This document shows positions 14,091-25,606 of a DNA stretch of 64,000 nucleotides, one piece after another (within the stretch, counting starts at the first letter, position 1; each line of letters opens with the position of its first letter). Source of the DNA: Podarcis gaigeae (taxonomy: Eukaryota); the NCBI GenBank assembly GCA_964106915.2, contig OZ066915.1. One strand, written 5' to 3'. The notes beneath the pieces were generated by a model. That model was not told the origin of the DNA. It made no database searches and saw only the letters and a list, made by a program, of their open reading frames with translations. Both the position numbers and the translations under genes were made by a program.

Positions 14091-14529
14091 AATGGTCATG
14101 TCTCTATAAACATGCTCACTTTAATCTTCAGATGATTCTAGAATAATAATGTTGCCATCCAACTTTACTTTTTAAAACTTCTATCTCCCTGAAATCTCAT
14201 ATCAACTTTTAGGGATTGTGTGTGGTTATTCTTTGTGGATATAAACAACCATTTTGGCAACAAGTGGCAGATTCTCTCTTATGCTCCTATTAACTGTAGA
14301 CTTAGTATTTATTTAGTATTTATTGCAATAATAATAATAATACTGAAAATGGTTTTAAGTAAGCTAACTACTATAAATTCCTACCAGATACGAATCAGTG
14401 TGCATGTTATTTAAAATATGGATGCCAATATGCAATGGATATTGGTAGAAATTCAGGACAAATTGACATTTACCAGTATACGTTTTTAGGCTGCCAGCAA
14501 GAAATGTAAGAAAATTAACAATGTTACAT

Positions 14530-14745
14530 TCAGTGTTAGTACTGCTAAGAGTAAACTCAATGAAATTAATGAATGTAAGTAACTAACTAATGCCCATTAA
14601 TTTCAGTGAGTCTTCTCTGAATAGAACATTGGATGCAACTCAAATGTTCCTTCAGTAACAGTGTCATCTTATACAGGAATGCTCAGAAGTAAGCCCCATT
14701 GAGTTAATGGGACTTCTAGGCAAATGTACATAAGGTTAAAACCTA
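14530..14745. repeat. Two adjacent short palindromic MITE-like remnants
   Basis: agtaagccccattgagttaatgggactt motif; related copies near 3795-3860, 12210-12262, 27745-27830 and 50240-50325. Confidence 0.55.
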
Positions 14746-15052
14746 AATGACCACATTTCATTCACATTTCTATAATTTATCGGTAAAGGGAACATTTGTC
14801 ATGCCCCAGCGACTCAATTATTTCTGTCATTCAACAGAACATCTGAAGAATAACCAAGTGCCTTCAGTATAAGCCATTTCCATGATTTATCAGTAATTGT
14901 CAACATTTATCAAACATATTTTCACTAGAACAATCTCTCTGTTGGTATTTGTTACCAAACTTTCTGTGGCATTTCTTATAGTAATGGCTGGAAGCATTCT
15001 AGAGTCATCTAAAGGTTAAAGAGAAAAACAGCAGAACTACAGCAACAGGTGG

Positions 15053-15485
15053 AAGTGTTACTTTTAAAAATTATGACTACCATAAAAAGAGAAGAGATGT
15101 AGCTAGGACAGCAACTTGCTCACAAATTTTACACAAGCTTAACAGTATGGGGCAATCTTTCAACTTGTAACCATCTGTTATTTTGTGAAGTTCTGTGTGA
15201 TGTTTTGGTCAGGCTATATAAACAGTTAACATTTGGTACAGCGTAAGATGCAAGACAGACCTCATATCTACAAATGCATATGATTAACTGTACTACTTGA
15301 AATGAACACAAGGACATAAGAATTAAATATTGCATGGGGAGTTTGTAAACAGAGCGAATGTCCGGTGTGCTGTTTCACACAGCTTTCTATGTGGAATGGC
15401 ACTGATCCTTTGAAGGGGTTACTGTGGCACTTCTGAAACATAAGAATTGAATATGAGTTTTAGATCACTATGTAAGAAGAGACAT
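15053..15485 (+). repeat. Copy B of the ~450-bp direct duplicate
   Basis: Collinear with 6906-7355 in the same orientation; ends approximate. Confidence 0.9.
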
Positions 15486-17643
15486 GCTGTAATAAGATCT
15501 GGACTTGTCCGAATAAATTTGGTTTTTGGATGAGCCTTCCAGGCTTATGATGAAATAAATAAAACCCCAAATAATTAATTCAGAGAAGCAATTAGTTTAC
15601 TCTGGGTTTTGAATCTGTGTATTTAGCCCTCCTGATTCCTAACCTATTCTGTTCCTCAAGCATAAGCTACTCCTGCGTAATAGCCCACTGGGGCATTGTT
15701 TTACTTGCTTTGTTGAAACAGCAGGCTTCAAGCTGTGTTATCTTATTCCTGTTGCGAGGTATTTAGTACTGAGCCTGTATGAAACAGGAGGGACTATATA
15801 TTAGCCATAGTAATGAAAGAGAGTCAGCCTTGAAAAAATAATTTTGCTAAATTGAAAACATTGTTCCCCCCTGCCCGAAATGTTTTTAGAATATGCCTCG
15901 GGCATATAATCTTACTCCCTCTAAGTTTCCAGCAGCTTCTTTTCTCTTTGAGTCTTAACTTATTTGGGCAAGGCTTGCTGTCCTATTATCTTGACACTAT
16001 TCTGTTTCCAAAAAGCTAGACACATCATTTATCATTCGCTGCTTCATTTACTTTTTCCTACTTCAAGGTGCTGAATTACAAGGAAAAATTGGAAAATTTG
16101 CAACCCTGATATTGCCGTGGAAATGCATCAGCAATTTCTTTTAGCATTTTTATTAAAGTTATCTAAAAAGTTAAATTGAACCAAATGAAGTACAAAAGAA
16201 CAATATAATGGTACAGTAGCTATTTATGGGTTGTTGTTTTTCTGGAGTGCTGCTTATTTTCTTTGCAGTGCATTTAAACTCTTTTTAAAGCTAATGCCTG
16301 TGTGCCTGGAGGAGCATCATGATCACACATGACCCACACCTAATTTCCAGATGTTGAGCATAACATCAGCATAGGTAGATCCCAACACATGTAGACTCTA
16401 ATCACTGAACTGTATATCACAAAACTGAATCATACTGGATCACATTATTCATGCCTATGAAGACTGGGTTCTACACATGTAGGCAGGCTGTAACTAAAAG
16501 TAAATCTGATTTATTTATTTTCGGGGGGGGGAGAGCAGCTTTTTATTTTTCAGTTCTTATTATATTACATGCACAGCATCCTGGAGCCCCCCATGCTGGA
16601 GTGCCAGGTCTCTTGTGAGCCTGTAGAATTTGACTATTCTACTATGTTAAATGCTGAACTGGTCCTTTGAATAGGTTTTTTTTTTTTAAATCTGGTGTTA
16701 TAAGAACCTCAAAAGGAGAGTCAGAATATAAAACCCAAAGTTCTTTTTCTTAACAAAAAACCCACACTTCCTCCCCCTCCCTCCCAAAATCATTATCTCT
16801 TAAGAAGTTTCCTTCCATTTAAATTTTGTGCATATCATTTACAATTAGGAAATGTAGATGTCTCATGAAATGTAAAAATACCCCTTTGCAATAGCACTTA
16901 AAAAGAAATGGCAATGTGTTTACCTTTAAAAATCAAAGCAAATGGGAGTGGGAGAATCTGGACTTCGTTACTGGGTTTAATCTAATTATTCTTGCATTTC
17001 AAAGGACAAACACACACCCTTCTATTTGGAGTGGGAATGCTGAAGATCTTAAAAATAAATTCTATTATACTCACACACACAAAGGAGGAGTTGGTATTAA
17101 CATTGACAGAAACAAATGGTGGGTTGGGGGCTTTTCGTATTAGAATTTCAGGCAAGACAACGTGCACTAACCTCGTGATATACACTTGTTGTAAAAGGCA
17201 GAACTTTTGGGCCAGTTCACACAACATGATTTGCAGGCACAAATCTTGTAAATGATCTCTGGCCTCGGGAATCTTGACGTCTCCACCAAAACGCCTCATA
17301 CTGTGGCCATATCCCTGAGAGCTGCACCGACATGTTGGCCAGGGGGTGGGGAGCTCCCTTCCCACACAATACATCACATACTGCCTGAGCACAGTGCTTG
17401 GAAGTCTTTGGGCAAGCCAAAGCAGGAGGCTGTCACCTTGTGTGGAGAGCATGTCTTCCAAGCATAGTGTGAAATGTTTCTAGAGTTGGTCGTGTTAGAA
17501 GGGGAGCATTCGAAACCATTCTTTACAAATAAAACCAAGAACACAATCCTTTCAGAATGAGGTTTGGGGATTGTCCCTCCATCTGCCTTTCGTCAATCCC
17601 TGCTTCTGCTGTGAACTGTGCCCGCTGTCCAAGAAATAGAATC

Positions 17644-17689
<46 letters not shown>

Positions 17690-17753
17690 TCTATCTTGCG
17701 TGGAATTTGTAATATCCAGGCCGAAGGTATTCAGAATTTCCTTGCCTTGGTTT

Positions 17754-17801
<48 letters not shown>
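17644..17801. repeat. (AAT)n (17644-17689) and (TC)n (17757-17801) microsatellites
   Basis: Direct reading. Confidence 0.98.
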
Positions 17802-17807
<6 letters not shown>

Positions 17808-18732
17808 CTGCTTCTTGCTTGCTTCAAATCGCTTATCTGGGGGAACCATTTGATTTCTCAGCCCATCCAGGAAAAGGGTTTCCCCAGATACTGCACTCCC
17901 ACTTTTTGGAGTTTTGAGCACTGGTGCCTGCTTACTGTTGGGTGGATGATGAAGACCAGACTAGAATTAGCTGATTCCACCTGACACTGGTTCTCACTCT
18001 TCCTACTGTTGGGCTTCTTTCTTTTCACCTCACCAGCTACCACTGTTGTCTCAGCTGGGGGGAAACAACCTTTCCTCCAGTGGTAAATGGAAGGGTAAGA
18101 GACATCCATGGAACAAAGGGAGGTTTTTTTGATGGATTGGTTTGCACTCTCCACTAGCCTCCTGTCTCACCCCTGCCTTCCTTTTCTGTGTTGCCATACA
18201 TATCCATCTATGTACCAGGTGTGAGGTTCAGGAAGAAGACTTGATCCCACCTTCCCACAGTTCTCTTATGCATGCCTAGAATTCTGGACCCTTACTTTAT
18301 AAAACTTTGCACTTGGTTTGCTCTTCTACTTTATTAAAATCCTGTCTAGAACTAGCTTATTAAACACCTTTAGCTATATAGTACAATAACTTCTAGGAAG
18401 AATAGAATTAATAGGCCAGGAATATATAGCAATGTCAAGGATGGCTAAATTTCATATTACATTAATCTTTGGGAGGAAATTCTCTGATTTGGTCACCAAC
18501 TCATAGTTAACAAGTTCCATTAGGAAAAGTGACTCAGCTCTGCTCACCCATTTATGTAAAGAGAAACATTCAGAAAGCTTGATGCAATGTCTGGAAGACT
18601 TGCTCTGTTTTTTTAATTTCAATTCTGCTTCTGCTTTGTGGCTTCCCACTTCTTACATAATATGTTAATGTTTTCCCTAACATAACAATTAGAGTTAAGC
18701 TGGAACGTTTCAGGAAGGCAACCACGTTAACC

Positions 18733-18820
18733 TTATGGTATCTTAAAGACTAACAGATTTATGGTGCAATAGATAACTTACTGTGGACTAGAGACCACTT
18801 TTTTCAGATGCTTGAAGCAT
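18733..18820. mobile_element. Penelope-like element terminal fragment
   Basis: tggtatcttaaagactaacagatttat...tgtggactagagaccactt..tcagatgc resembles recalled sauropsid Penelope-type ends. Confidence 0.5.
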
Positions 18821-19319
18821 CTTCTGTTGACCAGGTATAAAGGATAGGAACGGAATGCCTCTTGAAATCAGTAGCAAAGTGTTGTGGAAGATGGACATAT
18901 TGCCTCACTGATTTTCTGAAAGTTTTTCTGCTTCCCTGGAAGCCATCGTATTCATAGTTGACATGGAGAAGCACGTCTCCGTTCCTGTCCTTAAAGGCCT
19001 AAGTTATCTTTGTCTGAGATAACTCAAGGGCATCTAAGGCTGCAGCCAACCTCTGGGGCTGGAGAACAGTGTGTCTTAATGGAGCGGCAGTCCTTCAGCT
19101 CATGCTGGCTGAGGTGGAAGACTGGAAGGAGGCAGGTATATCACTTCGCTAGCCTGAATACTGCCAGTAACACTTCTGCCCACTTACACATTGGGCTGGT
19201 GGAATGGAGAATTCTGTATAGGCAGCACTCCCCAAGCAGAGGCTGGCACAACTAGGTGGAGGGACACCCTGCCTGATGCAAGGGGGATTCTGTTTGCAAC
19301 ATAAATAAGCTACACCAGC

Positions 19320-19631
19320 CAGTGCTGGATTTATGTATAAGCTAAACAAGCTATAGCTTAGGGCCCCACTCTCTTGGGGGCGGTGGAGTTAAAAGTATTT
19401 CACTATTAATATACTTCTTAATTGTATTTCAGTTCAACAATTACTTTGAGGAAATACATATTTTGTTAGGTGCAAATGGCTTTAGATACCTATTAGGTCC
19501 ATAAATTACCCTATAGCATATATTCAACAAAAAACAGCGACAATTTGTTGTTGACAAAGGACAGCTGGACATATAAAGGGCCCCATTACCTTCAGTAGCT
19601 TAGGGCCTCATCAAACCTAAATCCGGCCCTG
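19320..19631. mobile_element. hAT-type MITE
   Basis: Imperfect TIRs cagtgctggattta / taaatccggccctg; 8-bp TSD acaccagc (19312-19319) vs acacccgc (19632-19639), 7/8 match. Confidence 0.85.
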
Positions 19632-20524
19632 ACACCCGCCTCCGCCAATCTGGTGCCCTCCAGATGTTGTTGGATTACAGTTCCCATAACCTTCTCTGCA
19701 GTATTATCTATCCTGGCTGCTACTTCTGATTTCTTGCTCTTCTTCACTCTTTTTTTATGCTTGCCAGCTTCATTTCTATACACTAATCTCAAACTACCTT
19801 CCAACACTATAAACCAGCCGGAAAGGCAATATAGTTCACTACATTTCTGTTTCCTATATTAACTAGGTTTCTTCTTCCTTCCCACTCTTAAGTTTCAGTT
19901 TCTTGAGTTTGTATTTTCCATGATATTTTGCATCCCTGGCAAGAACAACCTTTAAACAGAAAGTAACCATTTTATAACTTAAAAAGCAAATGCATAATGT
20001 CTGAACAGTTTCGTTCATGTTGGGCATTCCTTTCACAATGTGCTTTCCAGTTCAGAAAATAGTGTTATTTGGCAGCTGTAAAAACATTCAATCTGATGCA
20101 TTAACCATTTAACATTTTGTCCTACTTCTCTGTTTATACAAATTATTAATAAATATGTTGTTTGAACCCATGGGACTCCTTTACTAACTACGTTAAGACT
20201 CTTATCTTCAGAAGCTAGCTAATTTCCACTTGGTTTATTACCTTTAAAAAGTATTTTATTTTAGATTTAAACTTACACGTGCTTATGATTACATTATTTC
20301 ACGATAACAGAATTCCTATGGATTCCAGTGGAACATACCAATTAAAGCATTTGTTTGTTTAGGCATTTGTTGACTGTCCAGGAACAACATTTCTTGGGTG
20401 GTTCACCACCTTCAAAGAGAAAACAACACCCTCCAGCTTCCATCATGGCTTGGCCTTGTTTTTTGCCTAATTATATCAAAGAGCCATTTAATAAAATGGC
20501 TATGAAAGAATTTCAAAAGTGAAT

Positions 20525-20879
20525 AGTTGGATTCAGAATTAAGCGTACATAACAATGCTGGCAGCAGCAGACATGCCTGCTTTCTCCTCTGCACTGCAGC
20601 CTCCTCAAAAATGGTCCATTAAGGTTTGGGGGACCCTGCTGAATGGATAGGCTGCAGCATGGGCAGATGGGTGATTCCCCCCCCCCCCGCCAATCAGGCA
20701 AAGGCAACCCCAGAGAGTGGGAGCTCTGCTTGTGAAATACACTTTTGCCCAGTTTTTCAGGATCCTTGCTTCCCCCTCAGCCCTTCCCATGCCACAGTGC
20801 ACCCTATTTCACAGGGAGGAGGAGTGGAGAAATCAGTTCCACCAGCCCCATTATAGATGCTTAATTCTGGAGTCAGCCC
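20525..20879. mobile_element. MITE with ~25-bp imperfect TIRs, Harbinger-like
   Basis: agttggattcagaattaagcgtacataa versus reverse complement of ttatagatgcttaattctggagtcagccc. Confidence 0.6.
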
Positions 20880-22546
20880 ATAACTTCTATTCAATCCCTA
20901 CCTGTCAATCAGGTGTTTTAGCTAAATTCTGCTAAATGTTTGGTGTTTTGCTCTTGACTTTCTAAAATACTTTGAGGTGTGGCGTTCTCTCAGTGGCAGT
21001 GTACTGCTTGAACAATTGTTTCTCCCTGGGGAAATGGCAGCGTGTTTTGAAAGCTCTTTGTATGTGTAAACTATCCATGCCAATATACATTTGTAAGATG
21101 GCAAAACTCTGCATCCACCAAAAGTGCTGTGCTCCAGGACACTGTGGGCACACACCTGAGTGCATAACCCACAGGCTTCCTGGCATTACACCCTGGAAAC
21201 CTCAGCCATACTGTCTGGACCCATTGTTGTGCTCCTACAAGTGATGTCTCTGTGGCTGGGAGGGAACGTTTCAACATCCCCTGGCTAGAGGGGATTGAGG
21301 GATGTGTGGGAATTGTGTGGGAGGGAAGATCCAGAGAGATTTTTTTTTTAAAATTCCAAACATATGCTTGCCCCCAACCACAATTTAGTGCATGTGTGTG
21401 TGTGTGTGTGACTTAATTCTGTATATCCTGTCACCGTGTTAATCTGCCACTTAATGTGCTTTCTAAATAAATAGTATATTGAGTAGTAATCCATATAAAG
21501 CAATTCTTTATATGTGTACTTTGTTCATAAGAATACATGAAAGGCTATCGTATATTAACTATTAATGCCTCAACTCCCACTGACTGGCAAAACCACATTA
21601 TACCAGCTTTACAGGTAAAAAACTTGGAGATATGAACTTTGAGATATGAGGAATCATATAAAGACTTATTTTTATATTCTTCCAGGAACAGTTTCGCAAA
21701 CAGTCAAAATTGTCCATCACAAATCTACCGGGGGTGGGGGAAAATATGTCCCCGTTTTTCTAGTCACAATCTTAATATGTGGTTGCCATGTGTTTGGTGA
21801 CAACATAGAATTTGATTGTTTCCCAATGCTGGGGCTGAATTTGGCCATGGGAAAGCAGGAGGTAGAAGACTGGCTCAGCCACCGAATAGCACTGTTTTTT
21901 CGCTAACAGGGAATTTGCCTGTCATCTGTGTTTGCATGAGCTATACGCAGTCTGTGAGCCAGGAGTTCACGGAGGTCAGCAGCATTGTCGTACATGATCT
22001 TTAACATAGCTGCAATGCATTGGAGATTGTGGAAATGACTATGGCTGAGAGCCATAAGCTCTCAACTCACTTCTTACCAAGCTGGCATGAAAGCCATGTA
22101 AGAAGCAGCCCAGTGGAGTGTAGGTATTAGCCCAAAGGCTACCGTCATCTACTACCATCAGAGTGTTCGTCCTGCAAAAATTTGTGGACAATGCAGTAAA
22201 TTGGATCCCACGAGAAGTGGAAATGTAAAGAAAATTAAGGGAGATTTGTCTGAATACAAAAATATTCAATACATATCCAACAGATGAGTAAAAGATTACA
22301 GTAATAGATTTCTCTTTCTTTAAATGAAAGATGATTTCAACAACACCTTCCGATAGGCACATGATTTGGACTGAGCCTCACTCAGATGCACTAAAAAGCA
22401 ATGCAATGCAGGTTGCAATGGGCTCTTAAACATCATTTCCATTAATCAGAAGATAACTTCTTTGGATGCTTTCATAGCTATGATTTGATAATGGTCCCAT
22501 CTCATATTGCTCTGTATTAATATCTCTTCTTATTTTTTAAATGTAG

Positions 22547-22618
22547 CTTGCAGACGATCAGGGATTGGTTTTGATGACCACTGTTGCCATGCCAGTATTT
22601 AGTAAGCAAAATGAGACT
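22547..22618 (+). CDS. CACNA2D3: CACNA2D3 exon (~15), LADDQGLVLMTTVAMPVFSKQNET
   Basis: atgtag | 72 nt | gtaagt; phase 0/0; recognisable alpha2delta-3 peptide; NET sequon. Confidence 0.97.
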
Positions 22619-23320
22619 GTAAGTACTCACGCCATACACCAGCCATGTGCTACAAAATCAGCACAAATGTGAACGTCTTGATGAAGCTATGCATTTCTCG
22701 ACTGTTGGTATCCTCTACCTTCTCCCCATAAATGTGTACTTGGTGTTAAAAAAAATGCCATACAACATACTTAGCAGCAAAGAACTGAAAAGTAAACTTT
22801 CAGTGGTTCTTGAAATAAAACGCCTTGTCCCTTTTTAAGAAGAAGCACACATTAAAAATACAAATATCAAGGTTTTAAATACTGTTTAGCATAGTGGGGT
22901 GTTTTGGACATCAAATAGGATGCAATCCAGGTAAAGCTAAATTTTATTTATTTATGCTTGGAAGCTATTGGTTTCAATAGGATCTAAGCACCCCAATCTT
23001 TCCCTGAATTGTTCAGATTTGCCATGCTATTGTATTGGGCGCACAGCAGCTTACTGTTCAAGGTGGAATAGATCACAGGTAGGAAAAAGGTAACACGTGT
23101 GCACCTGTAACCAATATTACCATAGAAATTCCCTGCAACAACATGTGCACATGTTTGTGCATAAGATACTGTACATCTGTGCACACAGACACAAACATGT
23201 GTGCTTTTGCTGTCACTGTGGTTTTTCTGATTGGAGCAAATGTCTATAATTATTCTTTTCTTAGACTAGTGCTACTGTATATATATCCACAAATATATCC
23301 ATATATCCATATATATATCC

Positions 23321-23462
23321 GAGGTGCTTTCGAACTGCTAGGTTGGCAGGCGCTGGGACCGAGCAGCGGGAGCGCACCCCGCCGCAGGGATTCGAACCGC
23401 CGACCTTTCGATCGGCAAGTCCTAGGCGCTGAGGCTTTAACCCACAGCGCCACCTGCGTCCC
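23321..23462 (-). mobile_element. Sauria/Squam1-type tRNA-derived SINE, 5' 142 bp only
   Basis: Minus strand reads gggacgcaggtggcgctgtgggttaaagcc...ggcggttcgaatccc...cctgccaacctagcagttcgaaagcac, with Pol III A and B boxes and intact CpGs. 19-bp TSD tatatccatatatatatcc at 23302-23320 and 23464-23482. Confidence 0.9.
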
Positions 23463-23968
23463 TTATATCCATATATATATCCATAAATATTTCTACTATA
23501 TTTCTATAATAGGGATCTGGGGTTTTAAAAATCTATTTCCATTTTATATTTGCATTTACCTTGCCCTTCATATTTAATTCTTGCCTCCTGGGCTTCGCAA
23601 ACTATTTGAAACAGAAGATAAATTGCATTTTTCTATGCCATATTTTGTCTGGATGGGGCTTCCTGAGTCAGGGTGTTTAATTGAAAGCATCCTTATCAGC
23701 TGCAACTTTGCACACAACCTTTGATTTTATTTCTAGGGTAGGAGAAAGAAGACATCTATTGATTTTGTTTGTGTGCGTATTCAGCCAGATTAGCTGCAGC
23801 CACCTATAATACCTTGTCAAATAGTTGGAAGAATTAGCTAGTTATCGGCAGTGCTCAGTGCAGTTTTAATCCATATGGGAAATACTTATTGACTGAATTA
23901 CTGTGCTCTAACTGTAATTGTTTGTTCCAACTAATCTGCATTTTTTTCCAAACAATCTTTTAAAATAG

Positions 23969-24049
23969 AGATCGAAAGGCATTCTTTTGGGAGTTGTGGG
24001 CACAGATGTTCCAGTGAAAGAACTTCTAAAGACTATTCCAAAATACAAG
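23969..24049 (+). CDS. CACNA2D3: CACNA2D3 exon (~16), RSKGILLGVVGTDVPVKELLKTIPKYK
   Basis: aaatag | 81 nt | gtaaat; contains the Cache-domain LLGVVGTDV motif. Confidence 0.97.
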
Positions 24050-25547
24050 GTAAATAACATTTTGATTACCAGTTCATTGTATTGAATTAGAAGTAAATTA
24101 CATTTATATGCTACAAAATATCTATTGAAACCGGATATGCTTTTCTGCAAATGAGCAGCGTCTTCTGCAAGGGAAGGGGCTTTTCTTAATGTAACACACA
24201 ACCATTGTGCAAGCAAAGCGAAGTGAAATCCAACTGTGTGGTTCTGTAGCGCAAGTTCTTGTGCAATTTCTTTCACAAGGCCTTGTACAACATTTGACAG
24301 GCATTGCTCCAAGTGTTGCACACCATTCCAAGATGTGTTCATGCTATAAATCATAGTACTGAGCCTTCTGTTATTTGCAGAATATTGTTAGTGCTATCCT
24401 TTCTTCAACGGGTGTAGCTCTAGAGGGGGATCCAACCCATATTATTCAAACAAATTATTTATTGGGTGTGCTTCTTATGTATAATAAAGCCAGTCTAGGT
24501 AAGCTTTCTTCACAGATCATTCCCCCCAAAATGGAATCCCAGATCTCTTAATACCTTAGATATTACTCAGTAATGTACTATCCCTTTTTCAGAAATGGCT
24601 ACATTTTCCAAATCCTTTAAAAAGAAGTGTGTTGTTGTTTTTAAGAAACCCTTCAAAACTTTGCTAAGCATATTCCTCAAGCTCCTGCATGATCATAATA
24701 ATAACTTACAAGCCCCAGACCTCGCTTTCTGGAAACATCAATTTGCTGCACCACGTGGATGTAAGAGCAAAGCATGTAAGGGCACTGCCCAGTTGTGTGG
24801 CTACCACTACTCAGGAACACCCAGTGCTGCCAGTGGAGCTTAGGAAGCAAAACCAGGCAGCAGACTGTAGGGAAAACTCTTGGGAAAGATACTTAAGTTT
24901 GCTCTGAAAGAAGGTTAGTTGACAGGGCTGGGAAGGAATTTTGCACACATTCACAACTGGTGTGGGTCTTTGACCTTCCTCGTAGCAACATTTGTGTTCT
25001 GATGGTTGTTGTTCATTATTTTATATTTCACCACAACTCATTATTGTAGGTGGAGAGGCATTGGGTTGAATCCAGAGCAGGAATGAGCACCTCTCTTCCC
25101 TCTGGGAGATCCCCTTAAGGGATCCTGGGTGGTGCTTCAAGGCCTCAGGGAGGTAGCACACCTACTGCCTTCCAGGCTGTATGATAGGATCATGGTATCA
25201 GTGCACACAGTGGTTGGCCTGCAAGTCATGCAACTTCCACCAACAGCTGCCTGATAACTAGATGCCATCCCATGCCATGCCAAAACTCAGTGAGCTGTAG
25301 CCAATAAAGTTGTGGCCTATTATAACCCACACAAGCCTATGTGTGGCTTTTCCTCTCCCACATTCCACACTGCAGGCTGCACAATATATCACTGACTTCC
25401 TTTTGCTTAGCCAAGCTTCAAGAATGACATAAGATATTGGACAAATGAGAATTTTAGATTCAAGTGGTTGCTATGCAACTAATGCACTCCTTTGCTTGTA
25501 AAACTATAAGCAAATATACAAGAGGACAATACAGCAATACCCACATG

Positions 25548-25603
<56 letters not shown>
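25548..25603. repeat. Compound (CA)n(GA)n microsatellite
   Basis: Direct reading. Confidence 0.98.

Positions 25604-25606
<3 letters not shown>

Noticed and set aside
16982-17461. Longest ORF in the track (159 aa, minus strand)
   Set aside because: No recognisable domain and no convincing exon context; overlapping ORFs in several frames suggest chance.
17552-17984. ORFs with poly-ER/SL/N/I tracts (also at 5844 and 32072)
   Set aside because: These are translations of microsatellites.
23321-23462. tRNA gene
   Set aside because: The A/B boxes belong to a SINE head that continues into SINE body sequence and is flanked by a TSD.
23908-24354. 148-aa minus ORF
   Set aside because: Antisense shadow overlapping a real CACNA2D3 exon; no homology recognised.
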